A DNA stretch of 64,000 bases from a virus: IMG/VR virus record IMGVR_UViG_3300009593_002680; one strand, written 5' to 3'. Positions within the stretch are counted from its first letter, which is position 1. The number at the start of each line of letters is the position of its first letter. The notes beneath the pieces are model-generated. The model searched no databases. It saw nothing but the letters and a program-made list of their open reading frames with translations, and had not been told where the DNA came from. Below are positions 39,120 to 49,488 of the stretch, one piece after another. Made by a program: the position numbers and the translations under genes.

Positions 39120-39524
39120 ATGAGTTTGAATAGAAAAGGAGCGATGGGCTCCGTAGAAGTACTAACAGGTAACATAGAATTTTTTACTTTGTTTACTACT
39201 TTGGATATAACAGTAACAGGTGATTATAACGATAGTAGTCAAAAAGACTTCGAGAGTGTAGTTCAATGTATAGGATTAAGAGCGATGCCAACAGTAATGA
39301 ATAACCCAGTAGCATTAAACGGTAGTGGTTCAAATGTTTTAGAAAATTATGGTGCACCAACTTTAACTGGTTCAGGATATATTTTTAAATTTGCCACAGA
39401 GATACCTGGTGCTCATAGTGTAGATACATTAAAAGATGAACTAAATGGAATTGTATTGAACGCAGGAGTTATAGATACCAAGAGTACTGTTAATATGGAA
39501 TTTACTAAACAGGATCTATTATAA
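39120..39524 (+). CDS. Small virion protein (paralog 3)
   Basis: Own late promoter (39091); MSLNRKGAMG. Confidence 0.65.
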   Translation: MSLNRKGAMGSVEVLTGNIEFFTLFTTLDITVTGDYNDSSQKDFESVVQCIGLRAMPTVMNNPVALNGSGSNVLENYGAPTLTGSGYIFKFATEIPGAHSVDTLKDELNGIVLNAGVIDTKSTVNMEFTKQDLL

Positions 39525-39790
39525 TGAAAAAATCAGAACAGCAAGGAAAATTAGACCAACAGTTAGAACAAAACAAACAAGTTTATGCTGAGTCTAATAA
39601 TTTAGAAGCACACATTATTGCTGACATGTTGCGTATTGAAAGCATTACGACAGAGTTAAGAGAGTTTAAAGAAGATACAAAACACAGATTAAACAAAATA
39701 GAGAATTGGCTAGTTGCAATAGTAGGAACATCATTTACAACACTTATTGCAATAGTAGTTGGTTTACTAGTAAACCTATTTGGAAGTTAA
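39524..39790 (+). CDS. Coiled-coil protein with C-terminal transmembrane helix
   Basis: RLNKIENWLVAIVGTSFTTLIAIVVGLLVNLFG. Confidence 0.6.
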   Translation: MKKSEQQGKLDQQLEQNKQVYAESNNLEAHIIADMLRIESITTELREFKEDTKHRLNKIENWLVAIVGTSFTTLIAIVVGLLVNLFGS

Positions 39791-39791
39791 T

Positions 39792-40091
39792 ATGAGATTA
39801 GACGAAATAGTTAATGAAGAAGAAATTTTTGAAGCCCGAATGGTTTGGCGTAAAATGGGTAAGAAAATTAAACGTGCTGTAAGGTGTACAACCGGCAGAC
39901 GTAAAGGTAGAGTTGTGAGTAACCCAGCACAATGTTCTGCTCCCATTAATATGAAAAAACGTATGGTATTAAAAAGAACAAAAGCAAAAATGGGTAAACG
40001 TCTTAGCAGAAAAGCAAACAGAACTAAAAGACTTAATCCAGCAAGTAGACGTTTAAGACAGTTAAACAGAAGTACTAGAGCCAGAAGATAA
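39792..40091 (+). CDS. Arg/Lys-rich putative internal head protein
   Basis: Start re-called at 39792: MRLDEIVNEEEIFEA followed by a highly basic body. Confidence 0.65.
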   Translation: MRLDEIVNEEEIFEARMVWRKMGKKIKRAVRCTTGRRKGRVVSNPAQCSAPINMKKRMVLKRTKAKMGKRLSRKANRTKRLNPASRRLRQLNRSTRARR

Positions 40092-43000
40092 TGAAGTTTA
40101 AAGATGTTAAAACATTAGAAAGCATATTACTGGAATACGGAATGAAGTCTGGTTCCAGCACACCAACTGCTCAACAGCAGACTGGTTCAAATGCAAAAGC
40201 AAACAAAACTAAAAGTCCAACAACATCTAACACACCTAAAAAAGCAGACCAAGGCAGTCCAACTGTAGGCGATAAAAATGCACCAGAGCCTATAGAGCCA
40301 CAACAACAATCAGCAAAAGATATTGAAAAAGATGCAGTAATTGTAGGAAAAGATAATAAAAACAAAAAAGTTGTATCACCCGTAGGTCAAGGAAACTTAC
40401 CAGATGCAATGGTAGTACAAGATGATGATGGCGAGTATGAAGTTATTGACCAAAATGAAAAGGTTGATGCACTATCCCCAGAAGATGCAGAACAAGTAGG
40501 AAAAGATCCTAGTTTACTAGCAAAAGGAAAAGGTGCCTTTGGCGCCGGAGCAGGTGCTGTTGATACAATAGCAAATTTAATGGCATCAAAAGACCCTAAT
40601 GTAAAAGAAGGCAAAATACGAAAACGTATTAATAAAAAAGCACTTAATAAATTAAAGCCTAGAGTAAGACAAGAAAAAGGTAGAGTTAAAAAACTTGCAA
40701 AAATAGGATTAAAAGAAGCACCTGAAAAACTATTCGAAATAAATTTTAGAAACAAGGACGTTATTAACAGTTCACTTGATGCACAAATACGTTGTGGTTG
40801 GGAGGCAGAAACTGTATGGGAAAATATATCAGGACCTAGTGATGATATAGACAACTTAACTCTTAATGAAGTTGATGAACAGTTTGGCGGCGTTGATTGG
40901 GACGGTTTATCAGAAAGTTATACAGAATGGTTGTATGATAACAAAGTAGAAGAATTTATAGATGACCTAATTCAAGAATTCATCAACGAACGTGAAGATG
41001 ACGAAGATTATATCAATGAATTTATAGAAGATGAAGGCATAGAAGAATCAGATTGGGATGATTACAGAGAAGGTGTACTAAGAACTGAATACGGTGATGA
41101 AAGATTTGAAGAAGAAGGTGCTGATGAATTGTCTGAATTGTATGGATATGAAGATGAAAATTGGGCAAGAGAATATGTTGATGAATATAGAGGCAGTGAC
41201 TTTAGAGAATACTTAAGAAACATAGCAGAAGAAGATGATGATATAAAACAAGCGGCATACGAAGAAGCCAGTGAAAATTATGATTATGACGATTATATCA
41301 ATGACACATATTACAGCATGAGTGAATTCTGTGATAATTGGGACATTGATTACAGTAGCGGAGGTAATTTAGAAGAAGTAGCAGACAAATTAGAAGATTG
41401 GATATCCGGCCAGAGTGCTTTCCACGACCATAGACCTGACACAGGTTCATATGGAGATACTAGTGGAGATACTACAGAATATGCTGTTGAAACAGATAGT
41501 AGTATTGATGGATATGGTACTGGTGCTGAAATTATATCACCTGTGTTTAGTACTCCAAGAAGAATGTTAAAAGAAATGGACAAGTTCTTTAAGTTTTTAC
41601 AAGGTGAAGGAGTTGTAACAAATAATAGTACTGGATTACACATTACTATGAGTTACTTTCCACAAGAAGGCGAAACTGTAAGTCATGAAGAAGGTTCAAG
41701 CAACGTAACAGCAAATAAAGTTAAGATGGCTGTATTGCTAGGCGACCAATACTTGTTAAGTCAATGGGGAAGGGACCGCAACACTTATACAAAGAGCCAA
41801 TTAAAAGAATTACAAACAGCAATTCAAAACTTAAAGAGAGAAGGGCGAGGAACAGATGCAATTAAAGAAGCAGAAAAATTTTTAGCAAAACACATCAGTG
41901 AAGATAAGTTCCGCTCAATACATTTTAAAGGTCAAACAGACCAAAAAACAAAAACAAAATTAATAGAATTTAGAATAGGTGGTGGAGAAGACTACCATGA
42001 AGAATTTAAAAAAGTGTTTAGTTCTGTAGTAAGATATGCTACTACAATGATTGCTGGACACACGGATCAATATCAAGGTGATTATGTAAAAGCATTACTT
42101 CGATTAATGAATAACATGGATAAAATAGCAACCAGCGATGAAGAAGAAGTAGAAAATTTAAAAAATCAACATTCAGACTACGCAGGACATCCTATTTTAG
42201 ATACACATAAAGCAATAGTAGGTGCTAAACACTATTTAGATTTTACTCAGAAAATGCTTAATTCAATGGAAGATTTACACAAAGCATCATTGTATCTAGA
42301 TCCAAAAGCAGACAAGAAATGGAAAAAGGAATGGGTAGACTTTTTAAAAGGTACCGGCAGTAATTTGGATGATTATGATAGTAAAATAAGAAAAGCATTA
42401 GACAAGATTCCAGGTAAAAAAATTACAGAAGATAAAGATAGAGAAGACCAGTCTATTAAAGCATATATGCAACCTGAAACAACACCACCTAGTGAAAGAG
42501 CATCTGATAGACGTAAAGACGGTTTACGAAAATTTAGTGAAGCGATGGGTATGGTAGCAGTAGATATTAGTAATAAGACTGCAAGGTCACAACCTAATGC
42601 TAAAAGTATTGGAGCATTGAGAAGTTTCTTAAAAGAGCATGAGATTTCAGATACTGAATTAGACTTAAACATAAGAAATGCTTTAACTGATATAAACTTT
42701 GGCTCTGGTGAAGATACTAAAAACACTCAAAAAGCCAAACTGGAAACACTTAGACATGGTATTAATACTCTTATACAAAGAGATATTATATCTAGACCAG
42801 ATTATGCAACTAGTCCGCAAGTCGAAGCAATGGCTAAAGGTCTTTGGAATGCTTTTAATGATGAAAAATTTGATGATAGAGCAAGAAAAGAATTAATACA
42901 ACTAGTAATTAATATGCGTACAGGTGACCTATCACAAGGTTCTGTGGACGATACAGAAGTTAAAAGAGATGTAGCAATACTTCTTGACCAAGCAAAAGAC

Positions 43001-46000
43001 AAAAGAGAGTTTAATGACTTTTATAATACAATAGTTGGAAGAAGGTTAACCACTGGTCACCCAGATGGAGTTTTAACACCTGGTAGTATTTTCTCCAAAG
43101 CAGATTTTGATAAATTGGTAAGTTTCCTTAAAGGGTTTGAATCTTATACACAACCTGTAAACAGATATCACAATCCTAATTTATATAATGATGATAGTTA
43201 TGAAGAAAATTCATTAAGCAAATACACATTATTGTTAAGAAGAAGATTTGAATATTTAGAAAATCAGTTTGATAGTGACAAATCATTAGCAACACAATCT
43301 CTAGAGAGAATGTCTAAATTAGTAGAAACTTATTATCAAGAAAATCAATCAGGACAGTTTGAATGGCCCGACATATTTGGTATAGATGAATTAGAATTAA
43401 GAAATCCAGAACCAACTGATCCTAGAGTTAAAAAAATGTCTGAAGAAGATAAAGATACAATATTAGATTTATATGGAGACAATGACGGAACACCTTATTT
43501 AGGAATAAATTCGTATAAAGTAGAAAGAATTCAAAGTTCATTAGATGATATTGCTAGAGGTGATGTAGAACGAAGAACAATTTCTAATATGAGTGAATTT
43601 GTTACAGATAGTATTAGAGAGGCACTAGGAGCCTATTATAGAAACAAAGAAAGATATCCAGAGTATTACAAATTTGAAGAAGTTAAAAATCTTATTAAAG
43701 AAAGATTTGAAGGCTTGCGAGATTTTATGCGAGGCATTGACAAAATTTTTGTAGATAATGGATTTGATAGTCAAGATGAAATTATTAAACGTAAGCAACA
43801 AATAGACAAAGACGCAAAAGAATTTGCAAAACTTCAGAGGAATAAACCTTTAGCAACTGTTAATTTACCTTCCCATTCTATAATGTATATGGACAACATT
43901 TCATATGAAAGATTTGAAGAGTATGTTGACGAAAGAGAAAATTCAGATGATACTGATGCACCAGTGAATACTGCAAGAGATGTAGTTAAAAAAATAATTG
44001 CGGGTGCTAGGCAAGTGAATGGTCATGTAAATTCCGGACATGCATCAATATATGTAGTACCAGCGGCACATTGGGGTCCATGTGGAGATGCTGTTAATGG
44101 AATGGAAATTATTAAACTACAACAACGAGTTGGTAACATGTCCCAAGCATGGCGTGTAAAAAATTACCATGCCTTGCTTGAAAAGTTTGCAGAAACATAT
44201 CAAGAAAATTTCGAACGATTACAAAGGACAGACTTATATAAAGTTATTGATGGAACAGATAGGTCAAAATTAAGCAAACACTTTGGAATACAGTTTACTG
44301 GTAAATTAGATGGTAGAACAGGAATGGGAGATGTAGAAGACTTAATCCCAAGAGAGAAGTTAAACAATAAGTATTCAGGTGAACCATTAGATAGAAATAG
44401 TGCTATTAGTTGGGCTATAAACAATGACGAAAATGAGAAGAAACAATTCCACGCATATGATTTTGCAAAGTATCACGGTAACGAAGCAGATAAAATTAAA
44501 GAACTAGTTGCTAAAGAAATGAAAGACAACGATAGAAGTTTTGGTGTTGCTATACAAAAAGTAATGGAGCGAAGTCCAAAAGGCGTAATGGTAATAGATA
44601 ATGACAAAATTGCAAAAGCGGCTGGTGTTGAACACATGGAACGTGAAGCATCTAACACTATTCAAGATGCCACAAATTGGGGCAACCTAGCAGACTTCTT
44701 TAAAATAGAAAGAGGTGTAGACAATCAAGGTCCAAACATGTTAGAGAAAGTTTCTAGAACATTTGACGGTGACCATAATTGGAGACCAGAGCCAAACCCA
44801 GATGCTTGTTGTTTGGAAAGATGGGTAGCATGTGTAAAACATGCCACCGAGTATATCAAAATGAATTATACAGTTAGTGCTGGAAACTATTTTAGAAAAG
44901 AAAATGACGGCAGTCCGGGTGATGACGTAGGTTCTATTTATGGTGATTCAGGAAGTAATCCTCCACCAAGCAGAAGAGGACGAGCAGATGGTGTCGGCAT
45001 CACATATAATAGCGATGAAGAAGTAACTGAACAAGATTACGAAAAAGTCAGATCCGAATATATTGATTTTGATAGGATGATGAATGCGGGTATGCAAAAT
45101 TATATGGTCAGACCCGACGTAAACTTATTGGTAGGTTTCTTGAAGAATCCAAACAATGATGAGGAATTCAAACAGGCTGTTTTACAAAGCATGATGAAAG
45201 AAAAATTACTAGGTTCAGAACCAAACGATTGGCAAGGTCATTTAGCAAGAGCCAGACAGTTTTATGCAGATAGATATAATGAGAGTGTTTTTGATAGATT
45301 CGATAAACTACCTTTACAAGAACAATTAATTATTTTAGAAAAATCAACTGTATTATCTGAGATAAGTGATACTAAAAAACGTGAACTAGAATATGAATTA
45401 AGGAATGAACCTAAAAATAACTATGCTGTAATTATAAATGGTAAAACGTGGAAAATAGTTTCTAGTGAAGACAGAGCAAAAAAGATGGTTAACACACTTG
45501 TAGGAAAAGGCAAAGATGCTAGGTATAGTGAAACAGGTCAACCAGTTAATGAAAGTGTACCAACTATTAAAACAACAAAAATTTTAAATGATATATTAGC
45601 AGACCATTTTCCAGTAGGTGACCTTAAGAAACAAATGTTAGCCTTTCATGCTATACCTATTCCTCAAATGTTAAATCAGTTTAGAGAGTTAAGAGGAGAA
45701 GCAGGTGATGATGCATGTGCAAGAGGCATTGTAAGATACTATGTAAATGCATTACCAAAAGAACAACAAGACCAAATAGAGTTAAATGAATGGGCAAAAA
45801 GCAAAGTTAGAAGTTTAATAGAATCCAAAGGTATTATGGGCAGAGTACAAGGTGATACTTTTTTAAAAGGAGATGATAGATTAGAGTTTCAAAGTGTAAC
45901 TTTATACCCTACAGAAGAAATGGAGTTTAACTCTCCTGAACAAAGAGATGATTTTATACAACAATTAGAACAAGAACTAAACAGTCAAATAGAATGGACA

Positions 46001-47149
46001 AATACTCCTAATAAAGGTAGTTTAGCATTTGGTGTGGCAATACTAACAGACCCTGCATTAGATGATAAAATAACATATTGGGGAAGATACTTTAAACAAA
46101 AAACAGCAGATATGATGGGTAAATGGAGCAATAGCCAAGTACCTGTGGGTTGGAAACTACAAACTGCTGGAGCAATGAAGTTAGATATTGGTATTGATCC
46201 ACAGCACTTGATTAAAACAGATGACCCCTTTAATGGTGTCTTAGACGTCATACAAGCAGTCAAAACTAACTCTGCCGGTAATGAACTATCTGAATCATTA
46301 GTCAACGCACTAGAGACTATACATACGCAAGAACACCCAGTATTTCCAGGTCAAATAGCAAACTTACCAGCATTAAGAGATTATTTTGGTGAGATTATGG
46401 GTCCAGTAGCATTAATGAGTGAAATGGTAGGTGGACAGGCAGATAATGCCAAAGCAGATTTATTAAAAGGTTTACCTTGGTCAAATTGTAGTATATTTTG
46501 GCACATGGCGATGAATGCCCCACTAGTTGATAGTTACTTTACAGCACCAGACGGTACTAGAGTAGGTATTAGTAGTAAAGGCGGTAAAGGTGCAAAAGCA
46601 AGTGTTAAAAATATACAAGATGCTATATTAAAAGCACCAGAAGAATTAAAAGCACAATATCCTACAACAGTTAATGTTATTAATATTGTACAAAGCAATA
46701 GTGCTAAAGATGGTCCATTTAGATTAGCAGAATTATATAATATTTTACCACAAGGATTAGAAGAAGAAATAAATGGATATATTCAAGAAGGAAAACAAGA
46801 CTATGCTGGATTAAGTCCTGCATGTACAGAATTATTCAATTACGGAACACCAAGACAAGATGTACCAGGATTTAATACAGGTTATGCTATGTTGGCTCTA
46901 CTTGCTAAAAAAGTAACAAAAGCAATAAACACATCAGGTCCAGAATTTGGACAAGGCTGTGTAGCATTCCTTAACCAATCCAGCATTGTACAGTTGTATT
47001 GCAAAATGGGTAAAATGGGTGACGATGCTAGAGTAACAGGATGGGAGGCTGTATATCCGCCAAACTTCCAAGGTACAGTAGAAATAGATGGCAGTAAAAA
47101 TTACTACAGTTCGAGAATAGGTGGTAAGTTTGCCTTTGGATTTAAGTAA
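40091..47149 (+). CDS. 2352-aa multidomain virion protein: amidoligase (COOH-NH2 ligase type 2) domain plus C-terminal PD-(D/E)xK-like module
   Basis: GWEAE...ETDSSI...AEIISP...STGLHI...KFRSI...IEFR amidoligase motifs; PLVDSYF...GISSKGG near the C-terminus. Confidence 0.75.
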   Translation: MKFKDVKTLESILLEYGMKSGSSTPTAQQQTGSNAKANKTKSPTTSNTPKKADQGSPTVGDKNAPEPIEPQQQSAKDIEKDAVIVGKDNKNKKVVSPVGQGNLPDAMVVQDDDGEYEVIDQNEKVDALSPEDAEQVGKDPSLLAKGKGAFGAGAGAVDTIANLMASKDPNVKEGKIRKRINKKALNKLKPRVRQEKGRVKKLAKIGLKEAPEKLFEINFRNKDVINSSLDAQIRCGWEAETVWENISGPSDDIDNLTLNEVDEQFGGVDWDGLSESYTEWLYDNKVEEFIDDLIQEFINEREDDEDYINEFIEDEGIEESDWDDYREGVLRTEYGDERFEEEGADELSELYGYEDENWAREYVDEYRGSDFREYLRNIAEEDDDIKQAAYEEASENYDYDDYINDTYYSMSEFCDNWDIDYSSGGNLEEVADKLEDWISGQSAFHDHRPDTGSYGDTSGDTTEYAVETDSSIDGYGTGAEIISPVFSTPRRMLKEMDKFFKFLQGEGVVTNNSTGLHITMSYFPQEGETVSHEEGSSNVTANKVKMAVLLGDQYLLSQWGRDRNTYTKSQLKELQTAIQNLKREGRGTDAIKEAEKFLAKHISEDKFRSIHFKGQTDQKTKTKLIEFRIGGGEDYHEEFKKVFSSVVRYATTMIAGHTDQYQGDYVKALLRLMNNMDKIATSDEEEVENLKNQHSDYAGHPILDTHKAIVGAKHYLDFTQKMLNSMEDLHKASLYLDPKADKKWKKEWVDFLKGTGSNLDDYDSKIRKALDKIPGKKITEDKDREDQSIKAYMQPETTPPSERASDRRKDGLRKFSEAMGMVAVDISNKTARSQPNAKSIGALRSFLKEHEISDTELDLNIRNALTDINFGSGEDTKNTQKAKLETLRHGINTLIQRDIISRPDYATSPQVEAMAKGLWNAFNDEKFDDRARKELIQLVINMRTGDLSQGSVDDTEVKRDVAILLDQAKDKREFNDFYNTIVGRRLTTGHPDGVLTPGSIFSKADFDKLVSFLKGFESYTQPVNRYHNPNLYNDDSYEENSLSKYTLLLRRRFEYLENQFDSDKSLATQSLERMSKLVETYYQENQSGQFEWPDIFGIDELELRNPEPTDPRVKKMSEEDKDTILDLYGDNDGTPYLGINSYKVERIQSSLDDIARGDVERRTISNMSEFVTDSIREALGAYYRNKERYPEYYKFEEVKNLIKERFEGLRDFMRGIDKIFVDNGFDSQDEIIKRKQQIDKDAKEFAKLQRNKPLATVNLPSHSIMYMDNISYERFEEYVDERENSDDTDAPVNTARDVVKKIIAGARQVNGHVNSGHASIYVVPAAHWGPCGDAVNGMEIIKLQQRVGNMSQAWRVKNYHALLEKFAETYQENFERLQRTDLYKVIDGTDRSKLSKHFGIQFTGKLDGRTGMGDVEDLIPREKLNNKYSGEPLDRNSAISWAINNDENEKKQFHAYDFAKYHGNEADKIKELVAKEMKDNDRSFGVAIQKVMERSPKGVMVIDNDKIAKAAGVEHMEREASNTIQDATNWGNLADFFKIERGVDNQGPNMLEKVSRTFDGDHNWRPEPNPDACCLERWVACVKHATEYIKMNYTVSAGNYFRKENDGSPGDDVGSIYGDSGSNPPPSRRGRADGVGITYNSDEEVTEQDYEKVRSEYIDFDRMMNAGMQNYMVRPDVNLLVGFLKNPNNDEEFKQAVLQSMMKEKLLGSEPNDWQGHLARARQFYADRYNESVFDRFDKLPLQEQLIILEKSTVLSEISDTKKRELEYELRNEPKNNYAVIINGKTWKIVSSEDRAKKMVNTLVGKGKDARYSETGQPVNESVPTIKTTKILNDILADHFPVGDLKKQMLAFHAIPIPQMLNQFRELRGEAGDDACARGIVRYYVNALPKEQQDQIELNEWAKSKVRSLIESKGIMGRVQGDTFLKGDDRLEFQSVTLYPTEEMEFNSPEQRDDFIQQLEQELNSQIEWTNTPNKGSLAFGVAILTDPALDDKITYWGRYFKQKTADMMGKWSNSQVPVGWKLQTAGAMKLDIGIDPQHLIKTDDPFNGVLDVIQAVKTNSAGNELSESLVNALETIHTQEHPVFPGQIANLPALRDYFGEIMGPVALMSEMVGGQADNAKADLLKGLPWSNCSIFWHMAMNAPLVDSYFTAPDGTRVGISSKGGKGAKASVKNIQDAILKAPEELKAQYPTTVNVINIVQSNSAKDGPFRLAELYNILPQGLEEEINGYIQEGKQDYAGLSPACTELFNYGTPRQDVPGFNTGYAMLALLAKKVTKAINTSGPEFGQGCVAFLNQSSIVQLYCKMGKMGDDARVTGWEAVYPPNFQGTVEIDGSKNYYSSRIGGKFAFGFK

Positions 47150-47150
47150 T

Positions 47151-48152
47151 ATGCGATTAATAGAATTACAGATAGAACGTCCAAAGTCAGACAAAAACTT
47201 CCCAAGAAATATAATGCCTCAAATAAGAAAAGGCGATATACAAGATTCACCTTTTGAATACTCTAAAGAAAAAATAGATATAGAGAAACTAATGCCTGTA
47301 CAAAACCAACGTGTACAAGGTATGCATGATAGAGCAAAGAAGGGTTTTGATGATGGTAGCATAAGACCTATTGTAGTTGATAAAAATAATTATATTGTAA
47401 ATGGACATCATAGATTTGATGTTGCATTACAAATGGGTTTAAAGAAAATTAAAATATTAAGAGTTGATGCTACAATAGAAGACTTAATTGACCACTTTAG
47501 TAATACATCAAGTGATGCACCTACATTTGAAGAAATAATGAAACTAAAGTTAGCAAAAGCAATGGAAGGTGATGTTGTAGATTTCCCTGGAACGTATTAT
47601 AAAAAGGAATATGTTACTATAAATGGCGTAAAGATGCTCAGAGATGTTTGGGACTATATGAGCCAAGACAGAGAACATGCCCATGGATATGATGATAATT
47701 ATGTTCCAACCCATAAAGGTCTCACTAATTTTACAGGCGATGAAGATCCAAGAATTTTAAAGAGAGCATATCAAATGGAATTGAGAAACTTTATAGATGA
47801 ACTTGAAAACAATGACTTTGATATGGACCCACAACCATTTATAGATGAACTAGACCGAATAGATGAAGATTGGGCAGAAAGATACAATCTAAATCCTAGT
47901 GTTAAAAAATATGTAGATGATAACTTATGGAAATTGTCTACTGTAGACGTAAAAGATTTAGATGACGAAGCACACGATGACCAATTTGGTAGAGTAATTG
48001 ATGTTGACCCAGAAGATGCAGATAGTGTCCATTTAGATGACCCAATAATAGTACATGCTGATGGAAAAACAGTACTAGATGGCTTTCATAGAGTTTATAA
48101 AGCAAAAGAGTTAGACGTAAAAGTATTACCAGCATATATACCTAAGCAGTAA
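47151..48152 (+). CDS. Protein with two ParB/sulfiredoxin-like domains
   Basis: Start re-called at 47151 (MRLIELQIE); PIVVD...IVNGHHR and PIIV...VLDGFHR. Confidence 0.7.
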   Translation: MRLIELQIERPKSDKNFPRNIMPQIRKGDIQDSPFEYSKEKIDIEKLMPVQNQRVQGMHDRAKKGFDDGSIRPIVVDKNNYIVNGHHRFDVALQMGLKKIKILRVDATIEDLIDHFSNTSSDAPTFEEIMKLKLAKAMEGDVVDFPGTYYKKEYVTINGVKMLRDVWDYMSQDREHAHGYDDNYVPTHKGLTNFTGDEDPRILKRAYQMELRNFIDELENNDFDMDPQPFIDELDRIDEDWAERYNLNPSVKKYVDDNLWKLSTVDVKDLDDEAHDDQFGRVIDVDPEDADSVHLDDPIIVHADGKTVLDGFHRVYKAKELDVKVLPAYIPKQ

Positions 48153-48173
48153 ATATACCAATAAATATGTGTT

Positions 48174-49484
48174 ATGCAAATAGCACACATCCAAAATCCT
48201 TTTTATGAGTTTATTAAGTCTTGTAATGAGCCTTGGATAGATATTGACAATATTCCAAGAACTAGTAGAGACCATATACTTGGTACATGTACATTTTTTG
48301 ATACATATTGGAAAGACATTAATAAGATAAGCAACTATATTCCTACATTATATATTATAAGTTTAGATGGTATAGGCTCTAAAGAGTTATATAAGATTTG
48401 GGAAAAACATCATTTAACAAATAAAACACTAATACCTGAGCATATTATAAACAATGATAAAGCAGTAATACTATTTGATAATAGTGCTGAAGGACATTGT
48501 GATGAATATATGTTTAAGTTCGTATCTCAAGTAGTTGACATGTATAAGTTAAATCCTAACACAACATTTTATGGTAATAGTGCTATTAATATTAAAGAAA
48601 TACACGAAAAGACAGACTATAAAAATTTTAAAACAATGTATCTTGCTAATTTTCAGGAAGATACTATGGCAGAATTATATGACGAATTAAAAGATTTAGA
48701 AGTTACATATGATAATAAAACTAATTTGTTTAGTTGTTTAAATAATGCTCCAAAACCACACAGAGCATTATTGCTAGGTGCTATACCAAATACAGTAGAT
48801 AGTTTAATTAGTACTCCAACTGTAGACTGGCAAGACATACATTCTAATACTATTGAATACTTGTTAGAGCAATCAGAGAGAAAACAAATATCTGCAGATG
48901 ATTTTGACGAAGGATTAAAATATTTAAACAGTTTAAAAGAATCGTATCCTAGAACAATAGATGATAGAACAGATGATGTTGTACACATGAAACAAGTTTC
49001 TGCAGACAATGACTTTATTAACAAATTATTAGATTGTGATTTTCAGTTAATTACAGAAACTTTTTGTGACCACACATTAGTAATTACAGAAAAAATCTTT
49101 AAAGCAATAATTATGAAACAACCTTTTGTAATTTTAGGACCTAACAGAATATATAAATTCTTACAACAACGTGGATATAAAACATTCGACCATTTACTTG
49201 GCTTAAACACATGGAAAGGTACAAGTAATTATGATAGTGAAACTAATGTTATTAGCAAAATAAAGTTTTTAATACAGCATTTAGAGACATTATCCATGTA
49301 TAAAGACAATAATACACAATGGCAAGAGATAGAACAAAAGAATAAATTAGATGCAGAACATAATTTTGAAGTATTTAAAACTAATATGAATAAAATTATA
49401 GGCTCTGCCACTGACGGTTTAGATAGTTGGTTAGAAAATTATGAAGATTTTAATATGCTTTTTGAAATTGATATAGATAAATAG
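48174..49484 (+). CDS. Glycosyltransferase-like protein (GT10-related phage family)
   Basis: FSCLN..PKPHR, ITETF...TEKIFKAI...PFVILG...GYKTFD. Confidence 0.55.
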   Translation: MQIAHIQNPFYEFIKSCNEPWIDIDNIPRTSRDHILGTCTFFDTYWKDINKISNYIPTLYIISLDGIGSKELYKIWEKHHLTNKTLIPEHIINNDKAVILFDNSAEGHCDEYMFKFVSQVVDMYKLNPNTTFYGNSAINIKEIHEKTDYKNFKTMYLANFQEDTMAELYDELKDLEVTYDNKTNLFSCLNNAPKPHRALLLGAIPNTVDSLISTPTVDWQDIHSNTIEYLLEQSERKQISADDFDEGLKYLNSLKESYPRTIDDRTDDVVHMKQVSADNDFINKLLDCDFQLITETFCDHTLVITEKIFKAIIMKQPFVILGPNRIYKFLQQRGYKTFDHLLGLNTWKGTSNYDSETNVISKIKFLIQHLETLSMYKDNNTQWQEIEQKNKLDAEHNFEVFKTNMNKIIGSATDGLDSWLENYEDFNMLFEIDIDK

Positions 49485-49488
49485 TAGT

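Noticed and set aside
39524-39790. Holin or lysis cassette
   Set aside because: One C-terminal TM helix, but no adjacent endolysin or spanin; cannot support a holin call
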